DNA of 64,000 bases from Geosiphon pyriformis uo1. Its lineage: Eukaryota; Fungi; Glomeromycota. Numbering within the stretch: the first letter of the stretch is position 1; the number at the start of each line of letters is the position of its first letter. The stretch covers positions 374,251 through 438,250 of the forward strand of contig JAAOMT010000094.1 in assembly GCA_016748015.1 (NCBI GenBank), given 5' to 3'. This document shows, in pieces, positions 34,977-48,000 of the stretch. Both the position numbers and the translations under genes were made by a program. Below the pieces are notes generated by a model. That model saw only the letters and a program-made list of their open reading frames with translations, did not search any database and was not told the DNA's origin.

Positions 34977-37900
34977 AATATCTTCATTATTATTGCTGAA
35001 TTATTTTAGTTCTTGCTCCTTGGTAAGATCAGGAAGTGCAATATATTGTTTGGAGTTTGAATCTGAGTTTGAATTGTCACTATTTTGATTGTTATTTTGA
35101 ACAGAACTGGAACCATTATTTTTGTCATCATTATTGTCGGAGTTTGAATCAGAATTGAAAGTTGATTCTGATTTCAATGCACAGCTGCTGATTGGTTTTT
35201 CTTCTTCTGAAATTGTGTAAATCATGCATGATAGTGGATTGTAAATAAGATCACACTCATTACAATACTGGAAGTCACATGAGATCAAACAGTGGTCACA
35301 TAATCAAATGTTTATTTTTTCCAGCCATTGCTTTTGTTCTTCTCGAGTAGGTGCCAACCATTGATAGTGCTCATGAAATTCTTCCAGATCATTCTCAATG
35401 TTGCCGAATACATCAAACGTTAGGATGTATTCAGGTTCAGGTAGGGATAGGAAGTTGTTTTTGATTTCTAGTAGTTTACTGATGGTCACACCTTCTGCTT
35501 TCACATTCACTATTCTCCAGAATTCATGTTTGTTATGGGAATATCCTTCTAATTATTACAGCACTCATTTCCAGGCATCATTGATTGGTGTTCCTTTGCA
35601 TATTCAGTCATTAATTAGAATTGTATACTGACAGGTTTTATTGCATGTTTCTCTTTACCCAGGAATGTTGTTCCATATTCTTTCGTCCAGGAAAGTTTCT
35701 TTACAAGCTAAACATGGTGTATTATCCCATTTCCCCACTTGTTTTGGCCTTTTAAAATGTTCAACAAGACATGCATAGTAATAAAACTTAGTTGTCATCT
35801 GGTATTCCTCATTATTACCACAGCATGCGCCCATTGACGACAATTTTTTGCCACAATTAATGCATATAAGCTTTGGTTGGCAATAAGTAGATCATTGTAA
35901 TATAGTGTGAGTGTTAGTGTTATAAGTGGCGGTGCTTATGGGTGTTGTTTCCTTTTCTTTTTTCTTTCTCTTTCTCTTATTGGTCTTTTTCCACTCCCAA
36001 CTTGGTGGCTCGTCTTGATTATTGTCAGTTTCCCAGGCTTGGTTGGTGTTTCAGGTAAGTTTTTTTTTTTTTCCCATTGTCATTCTATGAGAGTATTGAT
36101 GATAATTCATTATGGTTTTTGTTGGCCCATGAGACTTAATATGCTTCTCACATTGGTTTTTCCTTGTCCTCCTCGAACTTGATTAGTAGTTGCTGGGTTT
36201 GAAGTAACCACAGATTGCTGGTACTTGTGTGTATTGGTCATTTTGGCTGAGTTGCAATTCCTGAGTGGTTCAATCAAGTATGGCATTGGCTTTAGATAGC
36301 CAATCATTGCCCATCAATGCTTGGCTTTTATTACTAAGACTTTGATAGAAGTAATAATGTCATTAACTTCAAAAGAAAAGTCATCAATTTTGCCAATTGG
36401 AGTTTTGGTGGCTCCATTAGCCATAATGATTCTAGCACTGGCAGTTTGATCAACTCGGTGACCTAATTGATCTATAAGTTGTCATGTGATGATGCTGTCT
36501 GCTAAACTGTTATCTAGAATTAGTTTAATGAACTGACCATTGACTGTGGCATTAGTGTACATGGCAGTAATTGGTTTTTTTTTAAGAGTGGCTCCACTAA
36601 ATAATGGTGTCACTAATGTTTCCTCGAGTTCGAATGGAAATATTACCACTAGTGATTTGTTGTTAGTAATGGTAGCTGGAGATATGTTGCTGATGATTGA
36701 TTGTTTTTAATTGGTTTCTGGGTTGTTGGGTGAGACGTCTTCTGAGGTAACCAGAAGACTTAAATATTGTTGAACATTTGGATTTTGGGTATACCTGGTG
36801 CCCAAATTCTATTGTCGAGATCCTGATGGTTGCATTGATGAACTGGAGATTGGTTAATGGATTACTATCGTCAATTTCTAGCTTTGTTGTGTCAGTCTCG
36901 GCCTTTGGGTTCCATTTTGAGATAAGTTTTGTGGCAGTGCCTGTATTTGTTGGAGTTGATAGATTACTTAAGGCTGCAGTTGATAAATGGGTTGGAACTG
37001 CGAGTGATAAATGATGGGTGTTGTTGGCTAATAGATTGGTGGTTGATAAATTTGCTGCTGCATTATAGATATGTAATTTGGTTAATATGATGTTGGATTG
37101 GGTTAGTAACTCTGAGTTTGAAACCAGCAATTGGGATTTCAATATTAATTTCCTAATTGTTGGTTTTCTATCCTTAATCTGCAGTCAATCCTCAAATGTC
37201 TTTGTTTACCACAGTAGTGGCAAACACACATTTTCTGTTGCCATTGTTGATTGGTGGTGGATGATGGATGTGACTGATTCTGGAAATGATTTGTGTTTTT
37301 TTGATTGTTGCATCATTGTGGTAGCTGATAAATTGTGTAATTGTCAGCTAAGTATTCTTCTAATTTCTGATTGATTGAATTACTGAATTGTTTCAATTTG
37401 GAATCCAATTCAGATGATCCGTTTATTACTAGATTAATGGCTTGAGCATGATTAGCTTTTAGTTCAGCTGCTTCAAAATCTCTGGCATTGGTAACTGCAG
37501 CTTGAAGGTCTGCTAGATGTATTGGGTGTACTTGCTGAAGAATGCTACTGCACAGGCCCTTAATGAATTGATTTAAAATTTGTGGCACTGTAAAATAATC
37601 AGCCTGGATTGTCTGAATTTGGTGCAGATTCTTATGGAAGTGTCTTAGGTAAGTAGTGACTGCTTCATTTTCTCCTTGTTTAATGGTGGTAAAGGTATTG
37701 CCAACTAGTTGATGCTATTATTATTGCTGAAGTATTGTAAGAATGCAAGCTTAAATGCATTGAAATCCTGTGGCTTATTGGCTAAGTTTTGATACCATAA
37801 GTCAGCAGTATCTTGGAGAAAATAAGGGATAGCTTGCATGGCTCTGGTGTCATCCCATCCATTAACTGCGATGGCTTTTTCCACGTTATTCAGCCATACT

Positions 37901-40139
37901 TGGGTGTTGTTCTCTTCACCTGTGAATTTCTTGAGTTTAGTTATTGGAGCATAAGCCATCTGATTTAAGTTTAGTTGCTGTGGTGCTTGAAGTGGTAATT
38001 GAACTTGGAGTTGCAATGGTGGCTGTTGTCGTTGAACAACTGACAGTGAGTTGATGGCAATTACTGGAGATAAGTATTGTTGATTATTAATGTTGGGGTT
38101 TTGATTGTTTTAATTTTGCTGTATTTGAAAATTCAAAGTTCTAATTTCCAGATTTTCCAAAATCAGGTTTTGTTGAGTTTGAATGTTCGGGGTTTTGATT
38201 TCTGGGTTTTCAACAATTGGGTTTTGGTAAGTAAATTCTTGATCCTCACTCTCTTTTTCTTTTGATTCCGTTACTTCCTACAGACCCACAGTTCTGAAAT
38301 TTGGTTGAAGTGGCAGTGATCAAAATCTTAATGGCATTGATGATCACAATTTAAATCTTTCAAAATATTTGCTATATGGTCCTAATAACTCTGCTCTTCT
38401 TTGTTTACTTTGAAATGAGAATTGTCCAAAAGTTGATGTTATGTTTGATGTAGATGTGTCTATTGATAAAATGTTGATGGCGCTTCTGGGTGTATAGTAG
38501 TATGATGGATTTGTTGGTAATTCTACTCTTGTTTTCTTCCAAATGGGTGGTTGTATTCTTTGAGGTGTTACTACTGGTGTTTGTAGTTTTCCTTTGCCTT
38601 TGTTTGCATAGATGATTGGATATCTCTGTTGAGTGTGAATTTCAATTTCCTTATTAATTTCAGTAAGGATTGTAGTGAAATTATAATTTGCTAATAAGCT
38701 AGTATTCTGGATTAATTTGTTGTAGAAGTTTTCTCTGGCTGAGTTGGTTTCTACTGGTACTTCTAGCAAATATGAGATTCTCTTGTTAACGTAGAAATTG
38801 AAAGCTAATTCTGTTGATAAGTGATTGTTGGTTAACCCCAGATGTTGACAGTAGTATTGAAATAAGAATTTTGCAAATCCTAAATGGTTTGTTTCTGTTT
38901 CTTCAAATTCTGCTACTGTTTGGATGAGTGTTGTTGGTGCTGGTTTTCTGTAGAATTATAGCTCATAGAGAGCACCAAATGTTACAGATGATTATTTGGG
39001 GTTTCAAATCAAATAACAAACTCATAACTTGGTGCTTAATTGATATAATGATATTGGTTTCTGAAGATATTATGGATCTAAAAGTTTTGGTTGAGTCTTT
39101 TGTATAATAGACAGAGATTCAATGGTTGTTTTCAGTAGTCTCCCAGAATCACAATTCCATCAAATTTTTTTCTTAGCATGGTGGCTGATAATCCTCCTGA
39201 TAAGCTATTCTCAATTCTATAAGTGTTTTACTCTTGTTTTACAGGTCTTTTACCAGTTTCTATGACGTCTGTAACTCAGTGTTTTTAATCCTTAATCAGT
39301 TTTAGTAACAACAACAAAATCAAAAAAAAGAAATAAAGAAAGAAAAAAAAAGAAATAAGTTAATGTAATTGCAAGTTAGTATTCTATCAATAGCCATAAT
39401 CAAGAGCTATTGTTCCAGTGTGGTCAAGTATGGATTACTATCAACATGAACTGTTAATAGTAGAGAGTGGATTGAGATAACAAATAGTTATTTATTAGAT
39501 GATTGTAATTTTTAAAAGGTTGCTTAGATTGAATCTAAACTGGGAGGTTTGTTTTTTTCTACTTCTAATGCTACTGCTATATATACATAATCAAGATTCC
39601 TTAATTTCTCAATTTTTCATACCAGGAATTCTGGAATTTCTGGAATTCTGCAATTCTTTTTAAAAGGAATCCTGGAATTCTGGAATTCTGTGATTTCTTG
39701 TACAAGAATTCTGAAATTTCTGGAATCTTGCAATTCCTCTTAAGAGAAATTCTGGAATTCTACATTTACTATGTCTACTTCTGATTGGCTAATATATATG
39801 CTAATATACTTCCTATATTTTATAAGTAATACCAGTAATCATGCTGAAGACAGAAATTGGGAAAACAACTTACCAACAATAATGACATTATTATTGAATC
39901 TCTGTTCATTATACAAAAGACTTAACAAAATCTTCAGATTATTATCAATGCAAATAGCTTTTGAGCACCAAGTTATGAGTTTGTTATTTGATTTGAGACC
40001 CCAAATAATCACTTGTAACATTTGGTGCTCCCTGTAAGGTATAATCCAACAGAGAACTAGCACCAGCAACAACCATACAGAAAAGTGGCAGATCAAGAGA
40101 AAACAAAAAAAATCATTTAAGATTTGCAAAATTCTTATT

Positions 40140-40720
40140 TTACTATTACCTTTGATAAAACTTGTTAAATTAAAAAAAAACTTCAATTATTCAAAACTCA
40201 AGCATTAAAATCTTAAATATTCGAAACTTACCATTAATAAATTTATTAAAAACTCATTAAATTAAAACTTCAATTATTCAAAACCCAATTATTAAAATCT
40301 CGAACATTTAAAACTTATCATTAATAAATTCATTAAAAAACTCATTAAATTAAAACTCCAATTATTCAAGACCCAATCATTAAAACCCTGAACATTTGAA
40401 AATTACTGTTGATAAATTCATTAAAACTCATTAAAACTCCAATTATTCAAAACCCGATCATTAAAACCCTAAACATTTGAAACTTATCTTTGATAAACTC
40501 GTTAAAACTCGTTAAAACTCTGATTATTCAAGACCTAATTGTTCAAAAAACCCAAACATTCAAAACCCAATAATTCTAACCCCACTATCACACAAAGAAA
40601 CTTACTATTGATAAAACTTGTTAAACTTCTAGCAATTCAAACTCTGGGAATTATTCAAAAACCCAAACATTCAAAGTCCAATAAATTCCAAACACCACTA
40701 TCATACCAATAAAATTTAAT
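40140..40720 (+). repeat. Tandem array of ~80-89 bp units (about 6 copies) inside element Z
   Basis: aaactYcaattattcaaRacc recurs at ~40178, 40265, 40355, 40434 and 40516, with a degenerate copy near 40630. Confidence 0.85.
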
Positions 40721-43029
40721 TTCCACAGTACCAATAAATTAGCAAAACTCATTTAATGGTTCTAAGTCAGAATATTGAGATGTAGTCACAATCTACTCCC
40801 ATGTGTTATATATTCAAAGAAGAGCCAATTAGTAAAAACAAATAGAAATCGGAATTGGAACTTAATCTCAATTCAAACTCTGCTGATAACAACAACAATT
40901 CAAACTCCACTAATGACAATGACAATTTAAACTCTGCCAACAACAATTCAAACTCCGCTTCAAACACTAAATGATATATCATGCTTCTAGATCTTACAAT
41001 GGAGCAGGAATTAACTAAATTCAGTAATAATAATGAGAGCATTATGTTTAAACATACACATAATACAGATGTAAGATTTAAACATGGATATTCTGGACAG
41101 ACCACTATAGTTAAAAACTCCAGTCACATATAAAATTAGATTTACAAATAGCAATAAAAATTACAGCAACAACATTAATACAAAAGAGAGATTTAGAAGA
41201 TTTTGCAGGGACTTAATAATAAAAAAGGGAATAATGTTACTCATAGAAAACTAAATACAAAAAAATAGTAAAAAAAACAAAAAGAGAAATTAAACCAATA
41301 GGAGAATAGTAGTTAACACATGGGCACATTACTCAGCAATGTGGAGCAATATCAAAAATCATGGCATATTGTTCAGCCATATAAAACATTGCTTAAAAAT
41401 TCATAGCATATTGTTCAAGAATGTAAGCAATCTCATAGAATCCAAATCATGTATATATAGCAGTAGTATCAGAAACTAGAAAAGATAACTTCTAGAATCA
41501 ATAGAACTCTTAGAGTCAATTAGATTTGCAGATCATAATTATTAAATACTCCTCCTTTTAAGGATAGTTGCTATCATCTGAAATGAAATTATATCAATAA
41601 AATATCTCTTCAATTCTTCAAATTTATGTTATTATCCACTACTTAATCTGCTGGCACAATAGCTCTTGATTATGGCTATTGACAGAATACTTATTTCTTA
41701 TTTTATTTTATTTTATTTTATTTTTCTTTATTTTATTTTATTTTGTTGTTTACTAATTGATTAAGGATTAAGCACTAAGTTATTGATGTTAAAAATAGCT
41801 TGGTAAAAGACCCAGAAATAAGAGTAAAATTATATATATATTAATAGATAGCTTATCAGAAAGGCATGACTGCCAGAATAAACCAGCCACACTGAAGACA
41901 GAAATTGGGAAAACAACTTACTAACAACAATGACATTACTATTGAATCTCTGTTCATTATACAAAAAACTCAACAAAAACCTTCAGATCACAAAACCTTC
42001 AGATTATTATCAATGCAAATAGCTTTTGAGCACCAAGTTACGAGTTTGTTATTTGATTTGAGATTCCAAATAATCACTTGTAACAATGTAATTACATTGT
42101 AGTAAATGTCAATTCTTTCTCAAAAATTGCTTGTCTGAAAGCTTACTAAAAATGTGTGGTTATTTTGCTGTAAAAGTCAACTCTTCTACAAAAATCTTGT
42201 CTGTAGACTACCTTAATAATTATAATAAAAAAAGTAAAAGAAAATAAAAAAAAAGTAAAAAAAATAAAATGTTGTCAAAAAAATTGTTTTCTATTTAAGC
42301 CTGGAATTACTAACAGATTATTGAAATTGGTAGCTAATCAATTTCAAAATGTTAGTTGAAGTTTTGTGAATTTTGAGTATAATAATTAAGAATTTAGTTT
42401 TTGAATATTTAATTTTTATTTGATTTTGTGAAGATGTATAAGAGATAATTTGTTGTAATTAAGATATTTAAAGTAAGATATATTTTCTTGAAGAGAGAAG
42501 CTTTTTTTATACAACTTGCTATAGTACTAGTCTTTAAATTTGTACTTTTTTCTTTATTATAATTTTAGCAAACTAAAAATATATTTTGGTAAACTACAAG
42601 TTATTTCTACAAACTATTAATTATTTTGGCCAATTTCTGTTAATTTCGACAAATTTTTGAATATTAAATAGTTTAGGGTATTATGTAATTTGATTATTTT
42701 AATTTCTATAATACAAATTAGATTATTAATTGAATGATAATATTTAATAATTTGATTAAATAATAAGTGATAATTGAAATAATAATAATATATACTAATT
42801 AATAATAAGAATTATAAGAATAACTTTATGCTAATTAATAGCTAAAATTCTACTGGTAATATTGGCATAGAATTGGCTATTTCACTTATAAATTCAGCAG
42901 TTCAAATTATAAAAAATAATTTGAAGATAAATTCAGTTATTAGAAGTTTAACAATTTCTAAAAAACATGAATTTACAGCAAACAAATATTAACAATATTC
43001 AAAAAAAAAACCAAAAATCTCTAATAATA

Positions 43030-45014
43030 CCAATACTTCAAAAGCAACTATTTTAGACTTCAGACTTCCAATTTTGGTAGTTAAAATCTTAAAACTGCTT
43101 AAATTAAAAACCAATATTTTATGTGTTATCAATAGAAAAGAATAAAGAGAAATCTGGAAGTTATTCAAAATTATATCTGTTTTCACATAAAAAAACAATA
43201 ATGATAGAATTTTTAAAACCAGATTTAAAACCAATCTTGAATTTAAAATTAAAAAATTTATTAAAATAAGAAAAAAAGAAACTAATACAAGAAACACCAA
43301 ATCTATTTTATCTAATTTGTGTATAATTGTTAACACCTGATCTGCCAACAGTTCCAAAGAGCATTTTAAAGAAACCAGCTAATTATTAAAAGAGAATATG
43401 TCTTGAAAAATAGGGGAAACACTACCAAAATTGGATTCATCAGATAAAAAAAATTTCAAAAGAAAGCCAGAATAAATACCAGTTAAATCAACTATTGAAA
43501 AAACTATTTGCATTTAAGATTTACTATCAAAAACAACAGAACAAACAATAAAAGCATTTTTTTTTGTATATAAGTAGATTAATTGAAACTAATCTTCATT
43601 TAAAATAACTTTCTTATAAGTCTTTTTTGAAATAAAAACAAATAATTCCAAAAAGTCACATTTAAAAAAAAAATTTCTATGATATTCATATTTCTTACAA
43701 TAAATTACATTTAATCTTTTCAAAAAAATTTAATACTACCAAATATTAGTTTTGTATAAAAGACAGATTCTAATTTTTTATCATATTTAAAATCAACTAC
43801 AGTACAACAAACTCTGTTACCAGTGTTAAATAACCAATTAATAACACAAGTTTTCTCACTGATTCTATCCAATAAAGCACTAAGATTATAAACAGTTATT
43901 TTCATAAGAAGAGTAAATAAAAGTGCTCTAAATTAATTCTTAAACATTTAAGTATCTTGATCTTTTATGGCTTTTGCCACATCCATTGAATTTTTTCTAA
44001 TTAAAAATAACTAATTTGAAGCCAACAAATCTGTCTAACTTAATTCAGTAAATTTAACCATAGTTTTTTGTTATAGTCTAATTAGTTACATTTAGATTAA
44101 TTTAATTTGGCCAATTTTGAAAATTATGATAATAATTATTTCTTTTGATGTGTTTATAAAATTTATTTTGATCATTACAGTCTAATCTGAATATACTTTT
44201 TGTTTTTTAAAATTGGTATTTACAATAATGCTCTTTTTTTTGGCCAATAAAGTGGTCTTTTTTATGCTTTTTTCTAATATAAATATTAATTTAATGATTT
44301 TTTGAAATTTTGAAAAAATAGTGGCTTTCCTAAAACCATTAACTGTTAAAAACAATTTTTTAATAAACTGTGTTTTTATTGTTGTTAATTTGCCATTTAT
44401 TGTTAAAAAATTAATGTTTAAAGTAAAAAATTTTTTAACAAACACTTTAACTTAAGTCTTTACTATCTTGGAATTAATTCATCTTTTGTTGAAAAAGATA
44501 TTAAGAAAAGAAAAAAAAGGTCTCATATTTTTATCTATTGCAAAATCAATTATACCAATAGAAAAACTACCAACCAAGTCAGTATTAATCTTTTTAGCTT
44601 TGAAAGTTGTTACAGCTAAATCAAAAAAAAAACCACTACCAGAATTTAATATAGTATTACCGATTTTACTATTACTAGATTCACTTTCTATATCTGAGTA
44701 TATATTACTATCAAGACTAAATTTGACCAAAAATTATTTTTTTTTATTATTAAAATGCTTAATATTATTTACAAAAACTCTTTTTTTAAGAGAAAATATC
44801 TCTAACAAAATTATGAAAAGCTTTTTCAGATACTTTTTTCTTAAACATACTATTACTTAAAATAGCTTTTAGATTTATCACAAAAAAATTATTATTTTGA
44901 GAAATATTAAAAATAATATAACTAAAAAGATAAAAACAAAAAACTTCTTTTTCAAAAAATGTTTTTTGGGAAATTTTGAATATAGAAAAGAAAAAAATAT
45001 ATAATTTAAATATT
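43030..45014 (-). mobile_element. LINE-B 5' part (ORF1 and 5'UTR)
   Basis: ORFs 44182-44445, 43720-43905 and 42989-43357 resemble LINE-C ORF1. 44935-45000 resembles the LINE-C 5'UTR. TSD follows at 45015-45027. Confidence 0.85.
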
Positions 45015-45038
45015 ATTTTTTAGTTATATATATAATAA

Positions 45039-48000
45039 TGTTATAAATTGGAGTAATAAGCTAATAGATAGCAAAAAAAAACAGGATTGTATTATAATAA
45101 AAAAAATTAAAAAAAATTCAGCTACAAGAAATGAATTGAATGAGTATGAATTCAATGTGTAAGATCAGTCTTATAAAATATTTTAATCATTATTCTTTTT
45201 AAAAAATAACAAAAAAATCTGAAAGTAAAGAGATAGTTTGTACTGTCAACAAATAATAATACACTAATACAATTTTATGTCTTATATTAATATTTTTAAA
45301 ATTTGATATCAAATATTAAATGTGTTTTTTAATTATATTTTATTCAATAATCTTCAAATACTACAATTACATGAATCAAAAAAAAGTAAAAAAATGTCAA
45401 CAAGTAATCTTTTATTTCAAGATATTCAGATACTTAAAAGTAGTTAATAGTCAAGTTATTGATTACTATTTAAAAATAGAATGACTAATTATATAATATT
45501 AGTGACTAATATATATAATATTTAATAAAAACTATAGATTTTAACCATAATATTATTCTTTTCAAAAAGATTAAGTTCTGGCAAAATCAAACTATTTATA
45601 AGATAATTTAATTGAAAAATTTTATCTAATTCAAAATTAATTAGTTTTTTGAAGTCTTTTGTGAATAAAGTATATAATATCTGAGATAAAATAAGTTTTG
45701 TACTTAAGAGACCAAATCTTTGTATAAAAGTTTTGGCTCTTTTGGCAATAAATAAAACTTTTAGAACATTTAACTATATAATGTTTAGAATTTCCACTTG
45801 TTATTTTTGAAGTTGTTTTCTTCATAAGCTTTATGTCTTCTATAATTTTACCAAATTGATTATAGAGCTTTAGTTGTCTTCTATATAACAGATTTTTGTC
45901 TATAAGCAAGATTTCTTTAATTGTTTTTTTAAGTGTATTAAAAAATGATAGTATGCTTGTTATTATGCTTTCAAATATATAATTATTTATTTTGCTACCA
46001 ATTTTTTCTTTTTTGGTTATGGTTTTTTTGGTTTAATAATAGTATGTGTTCTACTGTTATCAATTATGATAATCTGTTTTCCAATAGTTAAAGTAACATT
46101 TGAATAATTTTTAATTAAATACTTATGAAAAATATAGAAAGCATTTTGAATGTTTTAATTCAAGAAATAATTGTTCATATTAATTAAAAATATTTCTGTT
46201 TTAAAAATAGTGCATTTATTTATATTTGATTTTTGCTAATTATTTGAGTTATATTACTACAACAGATAACCAATTAGGTTATTTGTAATATTTTTTGAGT
46301 TGTATGCCATGAACAAAATAATTATTAAATATTGTTCTATATTGATCTTGTAAGATATAAGAACTATTGTTCAAACTTTATTGACTATAAAAGATTCTTT
46401 CTACTGGCTAAAAAATTTATTATCATAAATATTGTCTCTGTTTAAGCAATATTTTAAAACTAAGTTATTAATATTTAAGAAAAGTGTTTTATAAGTTTTT
46501 TTTTTCTTAAGTTTTTCTTAAAACTGTTTTATTTTTTCAAAAACAATTATTTGTATTTTTATCAATAAGTTAAAAATGATATCAAGTCTTCTTTGTAAAA
46601 TGTCTTTATAACTTTCTATTGTAATTTCTTTAAAGAGTATTGTTTTAATGTTTGTTTCTATTGGTAAAATTGTTATTCATCTATAGAACAGATAAAAAAA
46701 TTTATAATTTATCATGTCATAATTTACAGTTCTATAAGCAAACAAAGCTAAAAACAGTACTTTGTCTTATAAATTTGTTTTTTTACTGGTTTTGGCTAAG
46801 ATTTTATATAATGTTTTATTAAAACATTCTACTAAGTTATTTGTTTAAAGATAATAAAAAAAAAGTTTATAATATATTCCTATTTTTTTACAAAGTTCTT
46901 TAACTAATTTATTAAAAAAAGCTTTTTTCTATTAGATAAAAGTTTTTTGAGACAACTATAATAACAAAATAATATTTTTATAAATGAAATTAGTTATTGA
47001 GACTACTGTTTAGTCTAAAGTAACTCTTGTTTTTACTTACTTTGTAAAATAGTTAGTAGCTGTAATTATATATTTGTTGTTATCAAAAGTTATTGTTAAA
47101 AGTCTAACAATATCTATACTAATTTTGTTAAATAGTTAATTAATAGAAATTGAATAGATATTTTTTTTTAATTAGACTTTTCTTTTTTTTGACAAATATT
47201 ACAGATTTTAATATAATTAGCAATGTTTTTTTCGAAAGTAGGCCAATAATAATGAGCTAGTGTTTTTTAAATTGTTTTAGTCTTTCTAAAGTGTTTAGTT
47301 AATAGATTAATATACATGTTGTAAATTACAATTTCTTTTTTTTCAAATTTAATAACTTTTTAAAAGCAATCAGAATCTTTTTTATTTCTTTTGTATAATT
47401 GGTTCTGGCAGATTAAATAAAAATTTAATTGTTTTTGCAAATATTCTCTTTGTTGTCAAATATAGTTTGATAAGTATTGTCTTTTACCCAAAAATTTTAT
47501 TAAGACAGAATAGTTATTCAAGTCTATTATTATGTTTGTTTAAGAAAAATTTACTAATAATTAAATTAGTTTGGTTTAAAAAGGTTGTATTGTTATTAAA
47601 TAGTAAGTCTAGAAAAAGCATTGGCATTTTAATGATAAATTCTTTTATAATATTGTATATTATAGTTAAATTTATTTAAGTAGAATATCTAATAAATTAT
47701 TTTTTTATGTTCCAGTTTTTTTTGTTGTACAATTAAACCAAAGCTTAATGATTTGTTATCACTAAAAACTTTATATCAAGGAAATACTTACTTTAGTAAC
47801 TAATAAATCATATTACTGCTAAGCATTTTTGTTTTATAACTAAATAATTCTATTTTGCTAAGAAAAAAAATTTGCTAATATAAGCTATAATATGTTTTTT
47901 ATTATCTTTATTTTTCTGAGATAGGACAGCCAAGTTTAAAGCCAGATAAATTGGAAAATAAAAAGTTAATTTAGATTAGATTGCTTAAAAATAAGTTCTG

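Larger units (their letters stand above)
29736..39831 (-). mobile_element. Ty3/gypsy LTR retrotransposon B (family 2), full-length; 3' LTR 29736-30597, 5' LTR 38980-39831
   Basis: Perfect TSD ccag (29732-29735 / 39832-39835). PBS tttggtgctctc on the minus strand (~38965-38979); PPT aaaaagaagggaataa (30598-30613). Gag (ITKLKKFTGE..QVWL), PR (LILDNSL), RT (YLDN), RNase H (TDAS) and IN fragments. Confidence 0.94.
19431..42085 (+). mobile_element. Non-autonomous LTR element Z (family 2): split 5' LTR (19431-19562, 29222-29735, 39832-40020), 1.2-kb internal region, 3' LTR 41235-42085
   Basis: The 5' LTR pieces match 41235-42085. PBS tttggtgctccc at 40021; PPT aaaaaagggaataa at 41221-41234; TSD atat / atgt. 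Confidence 0.88.
19251..42861 (-). mobile_element. Solo LTR Y (Ty3 family 1) in two pieces: 19251-19430 and 42086-42861
   Basis: Homologous to the element A LTR (28236-29221); pieces sum to ~950 bp. TSD ctag (19247-19250) / ttgg (42862-42865), ancestral ctgg. Confidence 0.85.
11691..43029 (+). mobile_element. Solo LTR X (Ty3 family 1) in three pieces: 11691-12426, 19183-19250, 42862-43029
   Basis: Pieces are colinear with the LTR of element D (55083-56062) and sum to ~960 bp. Degenerate 4-bp TSD ttga/ccaa (ancestral ccga); removing it restores the LINE-B ORF1 frame AFEVSVSLVLNKLD. Confidence 0.85.

Noticed and set aside
40140-40720. CRISPR-like periodic array
   Set aside because: Whole units are homologous with no unique spacers, there are no cas genes, and the context is a eukaryotic retroelement.
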